A DNA stretch of 64,000 bases from Candidatus Omnitrophota bacterium (GCA_028712175.1 JAQTQQ010000003.1:7093-71092); one strand, 5' to 3'. Positions 28,824-39,278 are shown, numbered from the stretch's first letter. Numbers and translations: made by a program. Notes: generated by a model not told the origin, from the letters alone.

Positions 28824-29579
28824 ATGTTGAGTAAACGGATTATCCCATGCCTTGATATTAAAGACGGCCGTGTAGTCAAAGGAGTTAAGTTTCTTGGGCT
28901 TCGTGATGCCGGCTCTCCGGTTGAAGTAGCGAAAGTTTATGATCGGCAGGGCGCTGATGAACTGGTATTTTTAGATATTACCGCTAGTTTTGAAAATAGG
29001 AAGACTTTAATAGCGTTAGTTAAGGATATCGCTCAGAATATTTTTATGCCTTTTACGGTGGGCGGTGGCATAGGCGAGATTGAAGACATACGTAACATTT
29101 TAAATGCCGGAGCAGAAAAGGTATCGGTTAATACTCAAGCCGTAAAGTTCCCGGAGTTAATAAGCAGCGCGGCAAAAAAGTTTGGTAGCCAGTGCATTGT
29201 AGTAGCTATTGATGCTAAAAAGAAAGATGCCGGTTGGCAGGTATATATTAATGGCGGCAGGACTCCTACTGGGATTGATGCTTTGGTTTGGGCCGAAAAA
29301 GTAGCCCGCCTTGGAGCCGGGGAAATCCTTCTGACAAGCATGGATTATGACGGGACTAGGGATGGATATGATTTGGAACTGACTAGGGCAGTAGGCGAGA
29401 AAGTGAGCATTCCGGTGATTGCCTCAGGAGGGGCAGGGTCTTTAGAGGATTTTTATAATGTTTTTACTCAAGGCCGGGCGGATGCCGCGTTAGCCGCTTC
29501 GCTTTTTCACTACAATGAGTTTTCCGTAAAACAGGTAAAGGCTTATTTGAATTCTAAGGGAGTTCCTGTAAGATTATAG
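28824..29579 (+). CDS. hisF: imidazole glycerol phosphate synthase cyclase subunit HisF
   Basis: 251 aa. Motifs [16 protein letters not shown] and the phosphate-binding VIASGGAGS are present. Confidence 0.9.
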   Translation: MLSKRIIPCLDIKDGRVVKGVKFLGLRDAGSPVEVAKVYDRQGADELVFLDITASFENRKTLIALVKDIAQNIFMPFTVGGGIGEIEDIRNILNAGAEKVSVNTQAVKFPELISSAAKKFGSQCIVVAIDAKKKDAGWQVYINGGRTPTGIDALVWAEKVARLGAGEILLTSMDYDGTRDGYDLELTRAVGEKVSIPVIASGGAGSLEDFYNVFTQGRADAALAASLFHYNEFSVKQVKAYLNSKGVPVRL

Positions 29580-29583
29580 TAAT

Positions 29584-29660
29584 GGTCGATGGACAATAGG
29601 TATGGTCTATAAAAATTCAACGAAAGGTTCTATCGGCAATTGACTATCTTCTATCGGCTA
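29584..29660. repeat. intergenic element copy G (outer-arm type inverted pair)
   Basis: The arm ggtcgatggacaataggtatggtctataaaaa pairs with tatcggcaattgactatcttctatcggcta, which is of the same class as the 3' module of copy C. Confidence 0.6.
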
Positions 29661-29683
29661 AGATAGGGAAAGGAAATATTCAG

Positions 29684-30016
29684 GTGAAGAAGATAAGTTT
29701 TAAGTTAGGCAATTTAAAGTTTGATAAAAACGGATTGATCCCTGCGATCGTTCAGGATTATAAAAATAACCAGGTTTTAATGCTGGCGTACATGAATAAG
29801 GAGTCGTTGCGCCGGAGTTTAAAGTTAGGCAAGACTTGTTTTTGGTCGCGTTCAAGAAAAGAATATTGGGTAAAAGGTATGACCAGCGGACATTTTCAGT
29901 TTATTAAATCCCTCTCTTATGATTGTGATTTGGATACCCTATTGATTAAGGTGCGCCAAGTAGGCAAGGCTTGTCATACTGGCAATAGAAGTTGTTTTTA
30001 TCGTAAGGTTGTATAA
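29684..30016 (+). CDS. hisI: phosphoribosyl-AMP cyclohydrolase
   Basis: 110 aa. HisI motifs ([31 protein letters not shown]) are present. Confidence 0.85.
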   Translation: MKKISFKLGNLKFDKNGLIPAIVQDYKNNQVLMLAYMNKESLRRSLKLGKTCFWSRSRKEYWVKGMTSGHFQFIKSLSYDCDLDTLLIKVRQVGKACHTGNRSCFYRKVV

Positions 30017-30017
30017 T

Positions 30018-30119
30018 TAGCTCGTAGCTCTTAGCCCATGGAAAATATTAATAGCTTCGAAAGCTACTTTTAAGTATCAGAAATGGTTTCCTAAGAACTA
30101 AGACCTATGAGCTAAGAAC
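30018..30119. repeat. intergenic element copy H (inner arms only)
   Basis: The left arm is tagctcgtagctcttagccc. The centre contains the small hairpin agcttcgaaagct. After the conserved tggtttc junction comes ctaagaa ctaagac ctatgag ctaagaa c. Confidence 0.75.
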
Positions 30120-30136
30120 AAATTCAAACAAACAAT

Positions 30137-31615
30137 ATGTATACTCCGAGTTTAAAAGAGTTTCTGAAACTGACAAAAAAGGGGAATGTAATCCCGGTTT
30201 ATAAAGAGATAAATGCCGACCTTGACACCCCGGTTTCTGCTTATCTTAAGCTTGAGCAGGGAGATTACTCTTTTCTTCTGGAATCCGTAGAGGGGCAGGA
30301 GAAAATCGCCCGGTATTCTTTTATCGGGACCAATCCGAGCCTGATCTTTAAGAGCAAAGGAAAACATGTCGAGATCATTGATACCAAAAGAAACCGGACC
30401 AGAAGATTTCTTACTAAAGTTTCTCCTTTAGATGAGGTAAAAAAAATAATGCAGGATTTTCGCAGCGCAGAAGTAACAGGCTTGCCGCGTTTTTACGGAG
30501 GGCTGGTCGGTTATATCGGTTATGACACGGTGAGGTTTTTTGAGCATATCCCCGATAAGAATAAGGATTATTTGGGGATTCCTGATATATTTTTAATCCT
30601 TACGGATGCGCTTTTGATTTTTGACCGCTTAAACCACACGATTAAGATTGTAAGCAATGTTATTGTGCCCAGGGATTCAGATGTTCTGAAGAAAAAACAG
30701 CTTTATGAAAATGCGGTAAAGAAAATTGAATGCATCTATAGTAGTTTTAATAAAAACGTCTTAACTTGCGCAAGGGGAAATGGCCTAAAAAAATTGGAGA
30801 TTGAGAGTAATTTTAAGAAATCAGAATTTATTAAGATTGTCAAAAAAGGCAAGGAGTATATAAGAAAGGGCGATATTATTCAGGTAGTCTTATCGCAGCG
30901 TTTTAAGGTTAAGGTAGGAAAAGACGGTTTTTCTATTTATAGGTCTTTGCGCAGCCTCAATCCTTCTCCTTACATGTATTACCTGAAGTTTAAAGATTTC
31001 TCCGTTATTGGTTCAAGCCCCGAGACGCTGGTACGTTGCGAGAATGGCTTAGTGCAGACCCGTCCTATTGCCGGTACCCGGCCGCGCGGAAAAAACGAGC
31101 AGGAAGATGCGCATTTTGAAAAAGAGCTGCTTAGTGACGAAAAGGAGAAAGCTGAGCATTTGATGCTGGTAGACTTAGGCAGGAATGATTTGGGCCGTAT
31201 AAGCAAATTAGGTAAGGTCAAAGTAGATAACTTTATGAGTGTGGAAAAATTTTCGCATGTAATGCATCTTGTAAGCCAGGTAAGCGCGATACTTGACAAA
31301 CAAAGGTTTGATATCTATGATGTTATGAAAGCAGCGTTTCCGGCCGGCACTGTTAGCGGCAGCCCGAAGATTCGGGCAATGCAAATTATTGATGAGCTGG
31401 AGAATTTAAGGCGTTCTTTATATGCCGGCGCAGTAGGTTATTTCAGTTTCTCCCATAATTTAGATACTTGTATCGCCATCCGGACGATCCTTTTAAAGGG
31501 TGGTTTTGCTTATGTGCAGGCAGGTGCGGGGATTGTTGCTGACTCCGTGCCGGAAAATGAATATGAGGAATCGGTGAATAAAGCAAAAGGCATGATGGAA
31601 TCAATTAAAGCATAA
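30137..31615 (+). CDS. trpE: anthranilate synthase component I (or related chorismate-utilising ADC synthase)
   Basis: 492 aa chorismate-binding enzyme with PIAGTRPRG and GAVGYFS motifs. No trpG or trpD is adjacent, so the TrpE versus PabB assignment is not certain. Confidence 0.75.
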   Translation: MYTPSLKEFLKLTKKGNVIPVYKEINADLDTPVSAYLKLEQGDYSFLLESVEGQEKIARYSFIGTNPSLIFKSKGKHVEIIDTKRNRTRRFLTKVSPLDEVKKIMQDFRSAEVTGLPRFYGGLVGYIGYDTVRFFEHIPDKNKDYLGIPDIFLILTDALLIFDRLNHTIKIVSNVIVPRDSDVLKKKQLYENAVKKIECIYSSFNKNVLTCARGNGLKKLEIESNFKKSEFIKIVKKGKEYIRKGDIIQVVLSQRFKVKVGKDGFSIYRSLRSLNPSPYMYYLKFKDFSVIGSSPETLVRCENGLVQTRPIAGTRPRGKNEQEDAHFEKELLSDEKEKAEHLMLVDLGRNDLGRISKLGKVKVDNFMSVEKFSHVMHLVSQVSAILDKQRFDIYDVMKAAFPAGTVSGSPKIRAMQIIDELENLRRSLYAGAVGYFSFSHNLDTCIAIRTILLKGGFAYVQAGAGIVADSVPENEYEESVNKAKGMMESIKA

Positions 31616-31630
31616 GAAAGGAGCAGCACA

Positions 31631-31897
31631 ATGGCAGTGCATATTCGTTTAAGAAGAATCGGCAGGAACCCAAGCGGAAAACCGCATTTTCGTGTTACTG
31701 TTTTTGACGAGCGCATGGGAAGGGATAGCCGCGTAATCGAGGAATTAGGTTATTATAAACCCATAAGCGGAGTAGCGCAGCTTAAGAAAGAGCGTATAGC
31801 CGAATGGATAAAAAAAGGCGCTCAATTGTCCACAACAGTGAAAAGCTTATTGAAGAAATCAAATAAAGGCCTGCCTTCCGGCGGGCAGGAGGTTTAA
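31631..31897 (+). CDS. rpsP: 30S ribosomal protein S16
   Basis: Begins MAVHIRLRRIGRNPSGKPHFRVTVFDER, a near-consensus S16 N-terminus. Confidence 0.9.
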   Translation: MAVHIRLRRIGRNPSGKPHFRVTVFDERMGRDSRVIEELGYYKPISGVAQLKKERIAEWIKKGAQLSTTVKSLLKKSNKGLPSGGQEV

Positions 31898-31898
31898 T

Positions 31899-32177
31899 AT
31901 GCCACAGGCAACCGTAGGCAGTCCGTTGGTCCAGCTTTTACCGTTAGTATTAATTTTTATTATCTTTTATTTTCTTTTGATCCGCCCTCAAAAACAGAAA
32001 GAAAAAGAGCATCAAAAAATGATACAGGGGATCAATAAGAATGACGAAGTTGTGACTTTAAGCGGGATACATGCAACTGTAGTCAATGTAAAAGAAAAAA
32101 CCTTAATCTTGCGAATTGATGAGAATGTGAAGATGGAGGTTGAGAAAAATAGTATAGCCTATATTAAAAAGCCTTAA
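31899..32177 (+). CDS. yajC: preprotein translocase subunit YajC
   Basis: 92 aa with one TM segment. The YajC motif region (LIRPQKQKEKEHQKM…LSGIHATV) is present. It lies immediately upstream of secDF. Confidence 0.85.
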   Translation: MPQATVGSPLVQLLPLVLIFIIFYFLLIRPQKQKEKEHQKMIQGINKNDEVVTLSGIHATVVNVKEKTLILRIDENVKMEVEKNSIAYIKKP

Positions 32178-32206
32178 GAATTTTTTTAAACCGGAGTTTT
32201 AGAATT

Positions 32207-34408
32207 ATGGAAAGAAAACTAGTCTATAAGATATTACTTATTCTAGGAGTTGTTGGTTTGTGTTCTTTTTACGCGTTTCCTTTGGATAAGCGTATTAACT
32301 TAGGCCTTGATTTGCAGGGCGGGATGCATCTTTTGCTTAAAGTTGATACCAGCCATCTTGATGGCCAAGCCAAGCTCGATGCCTGCGATAGGGCGGTTGA
32401 GGTAATCCGTAACCGTATCGATGAGTTTGGGGTCAGGGAAACGTCCATTCAAAAACAGGGAGAGGATGAAATTGTAGTACAGCTTCCCGGAGTTACTGAC
32501 CGTCAGCGCGCAATTGACCTTATCGGTAAAACTGCGATGCTTGAATTTAAAATAGTTTCTAACGAAGCGGATAAGCTTAAAAATGCAATTGCAGGGACAA
32601 TTCCGGAGGGATATGAATTGAAATATACTCCGGATGAGAATGAGCCGCTTTTGTTAGAAAAACAGGCAGTTTTGGTAGGGGATGCTTTAACAAACGCGTC
32701 AGTGCGTTTTGATCAGAGCCAGTTTAATGAACCGATTGTAGCATTGCAGTTTAATGCTGCCGGTGCGAAAAAATTTGCCGAGGTTACTGCAGCTAATGTA
32801 GGTAAGCGGCTGGCAATTGTTTTAGACGGCAAAGTGCAGTCAGCTCCGAGGATAAGAGAGTCAATCCCCTCCGGTGAGGCGGTAATTACCGGCAGGTTTG
32901 ATCCGGAAGCAGCCCAAGATTTAGCTCTTATTTTGAGGGTTGGTGCTTTACCTGCTCCCATGCATATAGAAGAAGAAAGGACCGTCGGCCCGCTTTTAGG
33001 CCAGGATTCTATAAATAAAGGAGTCAAAGCCTGCTTAATCGGTTGTGCGTTGATCTTTATCTTTATGGCAGGCTATTATCTTTTAGCAGGATTAATAAGC
33101 GATATTGCTCTTTTGTTGAATCTTATAGTAATACTCGGTGGCTTAGGCATGCTGCCTTTACTTTTTCCCGGAATTAGCGCGACTTTAACCTTACCCGGTA
33201 TTGCCGGTATTGCTCTGTCTTTAAGTATGGCAGTAGATGCCAATATTTTGATTAATGAACGCATCAGGGAAGAGATTAAAGCAGGAAGAAATTTGCGTGC
33301 TGCGATAACTAACGGTTACCAGCGCGCTTTCAGCGCTATCTTTGACTCTAACCTTACTACATTAATTGCGGCGTTTATGTTGTTTCAGTTTGGCACCGGG
33401 CCAATCCGCGGTTTTGCGGTTACTTTGACTATTGGTTTGTTGGCAAGTATGTTTACGGCTATTGTCGTTACCCGGGTAATATTTGAGGTCCTGATTAGCT
33501 TAGGGTGGGTTAAAAACCTGCCGATGTTAAGGTTGATCGGTCAAACCAAGCTGGATTTTATCGCGAAAAGAAAGATATTCTATGCGCTGTCTATAATAAT
33601 TATACTAATTGGCGTATTTTCATATTTCAAAAAAGGGCCGCTTGTATACGGTATTGATTTTGCCGGAGGCCAGCTTCAGGAGTATAGCTTTAAGAACCCT
33701 CCATCGGCGGATAAAATACGGCAGGTTTTAAAAGAGATTAATCTTGGTGATGCATCTATTCAGCAGTTTCAGGATAATCCGAGAGCGGTTTTAATCAGGA
33801 CATCAGAAGACAATAACCAGGTGTTGACTAATAAGTTAAAAGAGTCCTTTCCTGATGATGACATCCAAATATTGAGGATTGAACGTGTTGGCCCTGTCGC
33901 CGGTAACCACCTTAAAAAGAAGGCTGTTTTGGCGATGCTCTGGTCGCTTGCGGGTATTTTAATTTACGTTGGTTTTAGGTTTAAACATATTAATTTTGCT
34001 TTTGCCGGCATTGCCGCACTTCTGCATGATGTACTTATAGCTATGGGATTTTTAGTGTTTACTAACAGGCAGATCGACCTTTTAAGCGTAACTGCTTTTC
34101 TTACTATCGCAGGTTATTCTATTAATGATACCATTGTTATTTATGACAGGGTCAGGGAGAATGCGCATCTTTATCGAAAGCTTTCTTTAAAAGAGCTGAT
34201 TAATTTAAGCGTTAATCAAACTCTTGGGCGTACCCTGCTTACTTCAGGGGTTACGCTTTTAGTTGTCCTTGCATTTTTATTTTACGGGGGCGAAGTGTTG
34301 AGCAATTTCTCTTTTGCTTTGTTTGTAGGTTTTATCTCCGGCGTATACTCTACAATTTTTATTGCCTCTCCTTTGGTGCTTGCTTGGAGCCATAAAGGCA
34401 AAAAGTAA
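32207..34408 (+). CDS. secDF: protein translocase subunit SecDF (fused SecD-SecF)
   Basis: 733 aa. SecD periplasmic domain plus two six-TM RND-like bundles. The SecF part begins around LIGQTKLDFIAKRKIFY. Confidence 0.9.
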   Translation: MERKLVYKILLILGVVGLCSFYAFPLDKRINLGLDLQGGMHLLLKVDTSHLDGQAKLDACDRAVEVIRNRIDEFGVRETSIQKQGEDEIVVQLPGVTDRQRAIDLIGKTAMLEFKIVSNEADKLKNAIAGTIPEGYELKYTPDENEPLLLEKQAVLVGDALTNASVRFDQSQFNEPIVALQFNAAGAKKFAEVTAANVGKRLAIVLDGKVQSAPRIRESIPSGEAVITGRFDPEAAQDLALILRVGALPAPMHIEEERTVGPLLGQDSINKGVKACLIGCALIFIFMAGYYLLAGLISDIALLLNLIVILGGLGMLPLLFPGISATLTLPGIAGIALSLSMAVDANILINERIREEIKAGRNLRAAITNGYQRAFSAIFDSNLTTLIAAFMLFQFGTGPIRGFAVTLTIGLLASMFTAIVVTRVIFEVLISLGWVKNLPMLRLIGQTKLDFIAKRKIFYALSIIIILIGVFSYFKKGPLVYGIDFAGGQLQEYSFKNPPSADKIRQVLKEINLGDASIQQFQDNPRAVLIRTSEDNNQVLTNKLKESFPDDDIQILRIERVGPVAGNHLKKKAVLAMLWSLAGILIYVGFRFKHINFAFAGIAALLHDVLIAMGFLVFTNRQIDLLSVTAFLTIAGYSINDTIVIYDRVRENAHLYRKLSLKELINLSVNQTLGRTLLTSGVTLLVVLAFLFYGGEVLSNFSFALFVGFISGVYSTIFIASPLVLAWSHKGKK

Positions 34409-34477
34409 CAGATAGAGGAAACGTAAAAGGGGACGTTTCCCTTAGCCCAGAGGGAAGCGTCCCCTTTTGTTTATAAT

Positions 34478-36388
34478 ATGCTATTCCAATCTATTAAGAT
34501 TTACCTGAATCAGAATATTGACCTAGAAAATCTCTCCGTGAACCTTGTTGAATTCGGTTATAAGAGGCAGGAGTCGGTCTTTGCCGAAGGTGATTTTAGC
34601 CGCAGAGGATCTATTGTTGATATTTTTCCCGTATCTTTTGAGTTACCCGTCCGCATTGAATTAGACAATGAAAAGGTAATTGCAATTAAAACATTTAATC
34701 CGTTTAACAATCACGCGCTCTGGCAGCACAATATTGTCATTGTTCTTCCGCATAAGAAATATCTATCCAGTAAGTTGCCGCTATTCAATGAAGAGTTTCC
34801 TTTAAATAATTTTCTGGATCTAAATATTGGTGATTTTGTGGTGCATAATGAATATGGTATAGGCAGGTTTAAGGGTATGGAAAAGGTCAAAATTTCCGGC
34901 TCGCTTAAAGATCATTTAGTAATCGAATATGACCGTAATGAAAAACTTTTCGTGCCTACAGATTCTATGCATTTGGTGCAAAAGTATATTGCGTTTCATG
35001 CGCGCAGGCCTAAGCTTTACCGTTTAGGCAGCAAAGAATGGCAGAGGGCAAAAAACAGGGCTCGCAAAGGCATTCAAAAATTAGCATGGGAGCTATTGAG
35101 CCTGCAGGCAATGCGTACTGCCTCGGCAGGTTTTAAATTTTCTGCGGATACGGATTGGCAATCTGATTTTGAGAAAACATTTCCGTATGAAGAAACCCCG
35201 GATCAGGCCAAAGCAATGCTTGAGGTAAAACATGATATGGAGCTGCCTAAGCCTATGGATCGGCTGCTTTGCGGAGACGTAGGCTATGGGAAAACCGAGG
35301 TGGCGATGCGGGCAGCCTTTAAGGCGGTTATGGATAATAAACAGGTAGCTTATTTGGTTCCGACCACTATCTTAGCCGAACAGCACTATAAGAATTTTAC
35401 CGCACGGCTTAGTAATTTTCCGGTAAAGATAGAGATGTTGTCCCGTTTTAGAACTTTTGCACAGCAGAACGAAATTATAAAAGGTTTAGCAGGCGGCAGT
35501 GTGGATATTGTTATTGGGACCCACAGGCTGCTTTCTTTTGATGTGGCTTTTAAAGATTTGGGGTTAGTTATTGTTGACGAAGAGCAGCGTTTTGGGGTCA
35601 AAGCCAAGGAACAATTGAAAAAACTTAAAAACATTACCGATGTGCTTGTTTTGACGGCGACCCCAATCCCGCGTACCTTATATATGAGCATGATGGGAGC
35701 GAAAGATTTTTCAGTAATAAATACCCCTCCGCAAAATAGGTTGCCTATAAAAACGGTTGTGGTAGAATATGACATAGATCTGATAACGCAGGCGGTTAAG
35801 CTGGAGCTTAAGAGAAAAGGGCAGGTTTTTTTCCTGCATAACAGGATATCGGATCTTGAAAAAGTTAAAGCTAATATCTCTAAAAACCTTCCGGCCGGTG
35901 TGCGTATAGCTATTGCGCATGGCCAGATGCCGGCGAAACTGCTTGAACAGATAATGTCAGCGTTTTTCTCCGGAGATATAGATGTTCTGGTTTCAACCAT
36001 GATCGTAGAATCCGGAATCGACATACCTAATGCCAATACTATTATTGTAAATAACGCGCATATGTTTGGATTAAGTGACTTGCATCAGCTTCGCGGCAGG
36101 GTTGGCAGGTTTAACCGCCCGGCTTATGCGTATTTTATGTTTCCGAAGCATGGTATCTTAGAGGCAGCCGCATTAAAAAGGCTTAAGGCAATAGAGGACC
36201 ATAGCGCATTAGGTTCAGGCTTTAATATCGCAATGGAGGACCTTGAGATCCGCGGGGCAGGAAACCTGCTTGGGAAGGAGCAGCATGGGTTTATAATAGC
36301 TGTTGGTTTTGATCTTTATTGCCGCCTATTGAGGGAAGCAATAGCTAATTTTAAGAAAGCAGGGGTATTTAATGAAAAGTATAATTAA
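34478..36388 (+). CDS. mfd: transcription-repair coupling factor-like helicase (Mfd homolog, N- and C-terminally truncated)
   Basis: 636 aa. Only the tail of the UvrB-homology module remains (GSIVDIFP…PVRIELDNEKVIAIKTFNP). It is followed by the CarD/TRCF RNAP-interacting domain (DLNIGDFVVHNEYGIGRFKGMEKV…). Next come the RecG-like translocase motifs: Walker A GDVGYGKTEVAMRAAF, the DEAH-like VIVDEEQRFGV, and helicase-C QLRGRVGR. The protein ends shortly after the TRG motif region. The roughly 350 aa N-terminal D1a-D2-D1b module and the D7 domain are missing. Confidence 0.8.
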   Translation: MLFQSIKIYLNQNIDLENLSVNLVEFGYKRQESVFAEGDFSRRGSIVDIFPVSFELPVRIELDNEKVIAIKTFNPFNNHALWQHNIVIVLPHKKYLSSKLPLFNEEFPLNNFLDLNIGDFVVHNEYGIGRFKGMEKVKISGSLKDHLVIEYDRNEKLFVPTDSMHLVQKYIAFHARRPKLYRLGSKEWQRAKNRARKGIQKLAWELLSLQAMRTASAGFKFSADTDWQSDFEKTFPYEETPDQAKAMLEVKHDMELPKPMDRLLCGDVGYGKTEVAMRAAFKAVMDNKQVAYLVPTTILAEQHYKNFTARLSNFPVKIEMLSRFRTFAQQNEIIKGLAGGSVDIVIGTHRLLSFDVAFKDLGLVIVDEEQRFGVKAKEQLKKLKNITDVLVLTATPIPRTLYMSMMGAKDFSVINTPPQNRLPIKTVVVEYDIDLITQAVKLELKRKGQVFFLHNRISDLEKVKANISKNLPAGVRIAIAHGQMPAKLLEQIMSAFFSGDIDVLVSTMIVESGIDIPNANTIIVNNAHMFGLSDLHQLRGRVGRFNRPAYAYFMFPKHGILEAAALKRLKAIEDHSALGSGFNIAMEDLEIRGAGNLLGKEQHGFIIAVGFDLYCRLLREAIANFKKAGVFNEKYN

Positions 36389-37304
36389 TTTTCTGTTCTT
36401 TTTTATTCTGGTTATTTTACCTGCGTACTATTTGCCTCCTGCTGCCTATTGCCTTTACGCCGAGGACAAGATAGTTGCAATCGTGAATAATGAAATTATT
36501 ACACAAAAAGACCTTAATGATTTTTTGAATTTTATGCGTATGCAGTTTTCACGGGAGCTTAAGGGCAAGGCTTTGGAGGAAAAATTATCTTCGATGAAAC
36601 TTGATTTACTAAGGCGCTTGATTGATGAACGGATTATGCTGCAGAAGGCAAAAGAGGAGAAAATAACCATTGATCCGGCAAGGGTGAAGGCTAAGATTAG
36701 TGATGTGAAGAGCCGCTATAGTCTTGAATCTGATTTTGAACTGGATTTAGCCAAGCAGGGCCTGGTTCAGGCGGATTTAGAAAATAAGATCCGGGAGCAG
36801 ATGCTTGTTTATGCTATTATTGAGCAGAAAGTGCGCAGTAAAGTAGTTATTCGGCCCGACGAGATTACCGGTTTTTATAATCAAAATAAGCGTGAGTTTT
36901 TGAAACCGGAGGAAAGGCTCCTTACAGTCATTATTGTGCAGGATGAAAGTTTGGCTAAGACTATAAGTTATCAGCTACGCCTTGGTATAAAATTGGAGGA
37001 ATTAGCAGGTAAATATTCGTTCAATACGGATATTCTTTCTGTTTCAGAAGGACAGGAGCTGCGCCATGAAATTGAAGATAAGGTATTTAAATTGGGGATA
37101 GGAGAGGTATCTGATCCTATTGGAGTCCAGCAGCAGTATTATATTTTTAAATTAGACAGTATCGTAGGAAGCCAACAGATGAGCTTGGCACAGGCGCAGG
37201 ATAAGATTCGCGCCATCCTGATTGATAAAAAGACCCAAAGTAAAATGACTGAGTGGTTAGATGAACTTAAAAAACAATCCTACATTAAAATCATCGAAAG
37301 TTAA
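36372..37304 (+). CDS. surA: SurA-like periplasmic chaperone / parvulin-type PPIase-domain protein
   Basis: Signal peptide, SurA N-terminal domain architecture, and a diverged parvulin-like region. The gene order surA-pdxA-ksgA is the conserved operon. Confidence 0.55.
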   Translation: MKSIINFLFFFILVILPAYYLPPAAYCLYAEDKIVAIVNNEIITQKDLNDFLNFMRMQFSRELKGKALEEKLSSMKLDLLRRLIDERIMLQKAKEEKITIDPARVKAKISDVKSRYSLESDFELDLAKQGLVQADLENKIREQMLVYAIIEQKVRSKVVIRPDEITGFYNQNKREFLKPEERLLTVIIVQDESLAKTISYQLRLGIKLEELAGKYSFNTDILSVSEGQELRHEIEDKVFKLGIGEVSDPIGVQQQYYIFKLDSIVGSQQMSLAQAQDKIRAILIDKKTQSKMTEWLDELKKQSYIKIIES

Positions 37305-38253
37305 AGTAGGGCTTACTATCGGTGACCCCGCAGGCATAGGGCCGGCAATAGCCTTAAAGGCATTTCAAGCACTAAAAAACAAGGTAGATTTTATAGTTAT
37401 CGGTAATGCTTTTGCTTTGGCTAAACAGGCTAAAGAGCTCAGGATAAAGACTATATCTAAAGAATTAATAAGCTTGGATAACATAGAAAAAAGAAATTTT
37501 GCCTTTGGAAGATTAAATGCCCAGGGAGGGGCTGCTTCTTTGCAGTATCTTGATAAGGCGCTTTATTTGTTAGATAAGAATTTGATCGACTGCTTGGTTA
37601 CATGCCCAATTTCAAAGGAAGCAATCAATCTCGCTGGGTCAAAATTCTCCGGGCATACTGAATATTTAGCCGAAAAAACCGGATTTAGAAATCTGTTAAT
37701 GTTTTTGTTCAACGACAAATTGAAATTTAGCCTTGTTACAAGGCATATTGCGCTTAAGGATGTTTCCGGCGTTTTGACCAGAGAAAAATTAAGAAATAAT
37801 ATAGAGGCTACAATTAAATGCTTGAAATCGCTATTTTTAATAAAAAAACCAAAGATTGTTGTTTGCGGGTTGAATCCCCATGCTTCTGATAACGGAGTAA
37901 TCGGTAAAGAGGAGATAAAAGTTTTTATCCCTGTTCTTAAGGAGCTAAGAAAGAAATATAAGAGTGCGGTTATAACCGGCCCGCTGCCTTCCGATATAGC
38001 GATATCCGCCCATTTCAAAAAAAAATTTGATTGTGCGATAGCTGTTTATCATGATCAGGCGCTTATACCTTTAAAGCTGACGGATTTTAACAGCGGAGTA
38101 AACCTTACTTTCGGTCTGTCTTTTGTACGTACTTCTCCTTTGCATGGAACCGCTTTTGACATTGCCTCCAGGCCTGCCCTGGCCAACCCCAATTCATTGA
38201 TCGCCGCTATTAAACTTGCCGTAAAATGTACATTAAACCAAAGAAAAGCTTAG
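37261..38253 (+). CDS. pdxA: 4-hydroxythreonine-4-phosphate dehydrogenase
   Basis: 330 aa. PdxA motifs (VGLTIGDPAGIGP, TRHIALKD, DNGVIGKEE) are present. The ORF start overlaps the surA 3' end. Confidence 0.85.
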   Translation: MNLKNNPTLKSSKVKVGLTIGDPAGIGPAIALKAFQALKNKVDFIVIGNAFALAKQAKELRIKTISKELISLDNIEKRNFAFGRLNAQGGAASLQYLDKALYLLDKNLIDCLVTCPISKEAINLAGSKFSGHTEYLAEKTGFRNLLMFLFNDKLKFSLVTRHIALKDVSGVLTREKLRNNIEATIKCLKSLFLIKKPKIVVCGLNPHASDNGVIGKEEIKVFIPVLKELRKKYKSAVITGPLPSDIAISAHFKKKFDCAIAVYHDQALIPLKLTDFNSGVNLTFGLSFVRTSPLHGTAFDIASRPALANPNSLIAAIKLAVKCTLNQRKA

Positions 38254-39053
38254 GCCAGAATTTTCTTATTGATAAAAATATCCAGAGAAAAATCATTAAT
38301 GCCTGCCGTTTATCCAAAGAAGATATTATTTTAGAAATAGGTTCAGGAAGGGGAGAGCTTACCTCAGGTATTGCTGCGCTTGTGAACAAGGTTTATGCCT
38401 TGGAGATAGACTCACGCATCTATCCTGAACTGGAAGAAAAATTAAGCGCCACAGACAATTGCCAAGTCATCAAAAGCGACATATTAAAGTTTGATATAAG
38501 GAAATTCTTGCAGGAAAATATAATAAAACAAAAAGTTAAGATTATCGGGAATATCCCTTACTATATTTCCAGCCCGATAATTGAACACCTGATCGGTTAT
38601 CGCAGCAATATCAGCGAGGTTTTTTTAACGGTGCAAAAGGAGTTCGGCCGCAGGGTGGCAGCTTCTTCTGGTTCAAAAGAATACGGTTCATTTAGCTGTT
38701 TTGTCCAGTATTATGCGCAAACTAAGATCCTTTTTGAAATCAAGAGAACATGTTTTAGGCCCCTGCCAAAAGTGGATTCCTGTTTTTTGTCCCTAAAATT
38801 TACGGATAAACCCTTACTGGAAGATGAAGAAGAAGCGGGGTTATTTAAATTAATCAGAGCAGCTTTTAATCAAAGAAGAAAAACATTAAGAAACAGCTTG
38901 AGTGCTTTTATATCTGAAGGAGAACTTGAAGATTTTTTAAATAGTTCCGGGATTGACAAGAATGTGAGGCCGGAAGATTTAAGCCTGCTTCAGTTTATAG
39001 AATTATTAAAAAAAGTCAAAAAAAATCTTGACAAATCCATCGATTTAGTATAA
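38226..39053 (+). CDS. rsmA: 16S rRNA (adenine1518/1519-N6)-dimethyltransferase
   Basis: 275 aa. KsgA motifs LGQNFLID, the SAM-binding EIGSGRGELT, and NIPY are present. Confidence 0.9.
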   Translation: MYIKPKKSLGQNFLIDKNIQRKIINACRLSKEDIILEIGSGRGELTSGIAALVNKVYALEIDSRIYPELEEKLSATDNCQVIKSDILKFDIRKFLQENIIKQKVKIIGNIPYYISSPIIEHLIGYRSNISEVFLTVQKEFGRRVAASSGSKEYGSFSCFVQYYAQTKILFEIKRTCFRPLPKVDSCFLSLKFTDKPLLEDEEEAGLFKLIRAAFNQRRKTLRNSLSAFISEGELEDFLNSSGIDKNVRPEDLSLLQFIELLKKVKKNLDKSIDLV

Positions 39054-39193
39054 ACTCCTTATCTTACTTAAATTCAGGCATTATAATTATTATTTAACTT
39101 AACCTTTTATTACCAAAGAGAGAGATTGAATAATTTCTTATGGGTAAGGTTTTTTTTGTTTAAGGGCTTTACCAACAAAGCGAACTTGCATCT

Positions 39194-39266
39194 GCTGGAG
39201 TAGCTCAGTTGGCAGAGCACGTCCTTGGTAAGGACGGGGTCACGAGTTCAATTCTCGTCTCCAGCT
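39194..39266 (+). tRNA. tRNA-Thr (anticodon GGT)
   Basis: Manual fold: acceptor stem GCTGGAG/CTCCAGC, D-arm GCTC-AGTTGGCA-GAGC, anticodon stem CGTCC/GGACG with loop TTGGTAA (anticodon GGT), T-arm ACGAG-TTCAATT-CTCGT. No CCA is encoded. Confidence 0.85.
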
Positions 39267-39278
39267 TACTAAAAAATT

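Noticed and set aside
35386-36036. 216-aa antisense ORF inside mfd; similar antisense ORFs at 40226-40753, 53313-53879, 54597-55130, 62143-62529 and 12335-12766
   Set aside because: They are all embedded antisense to strongly conserved genes (mfd, nusG/rplK, tuf, rplC, rpsE, etfB). They have low-complexity, Ser/Pro/Leu-rich translations typical of the reverse strand of coding DNA, and no RBS or promoter signals.
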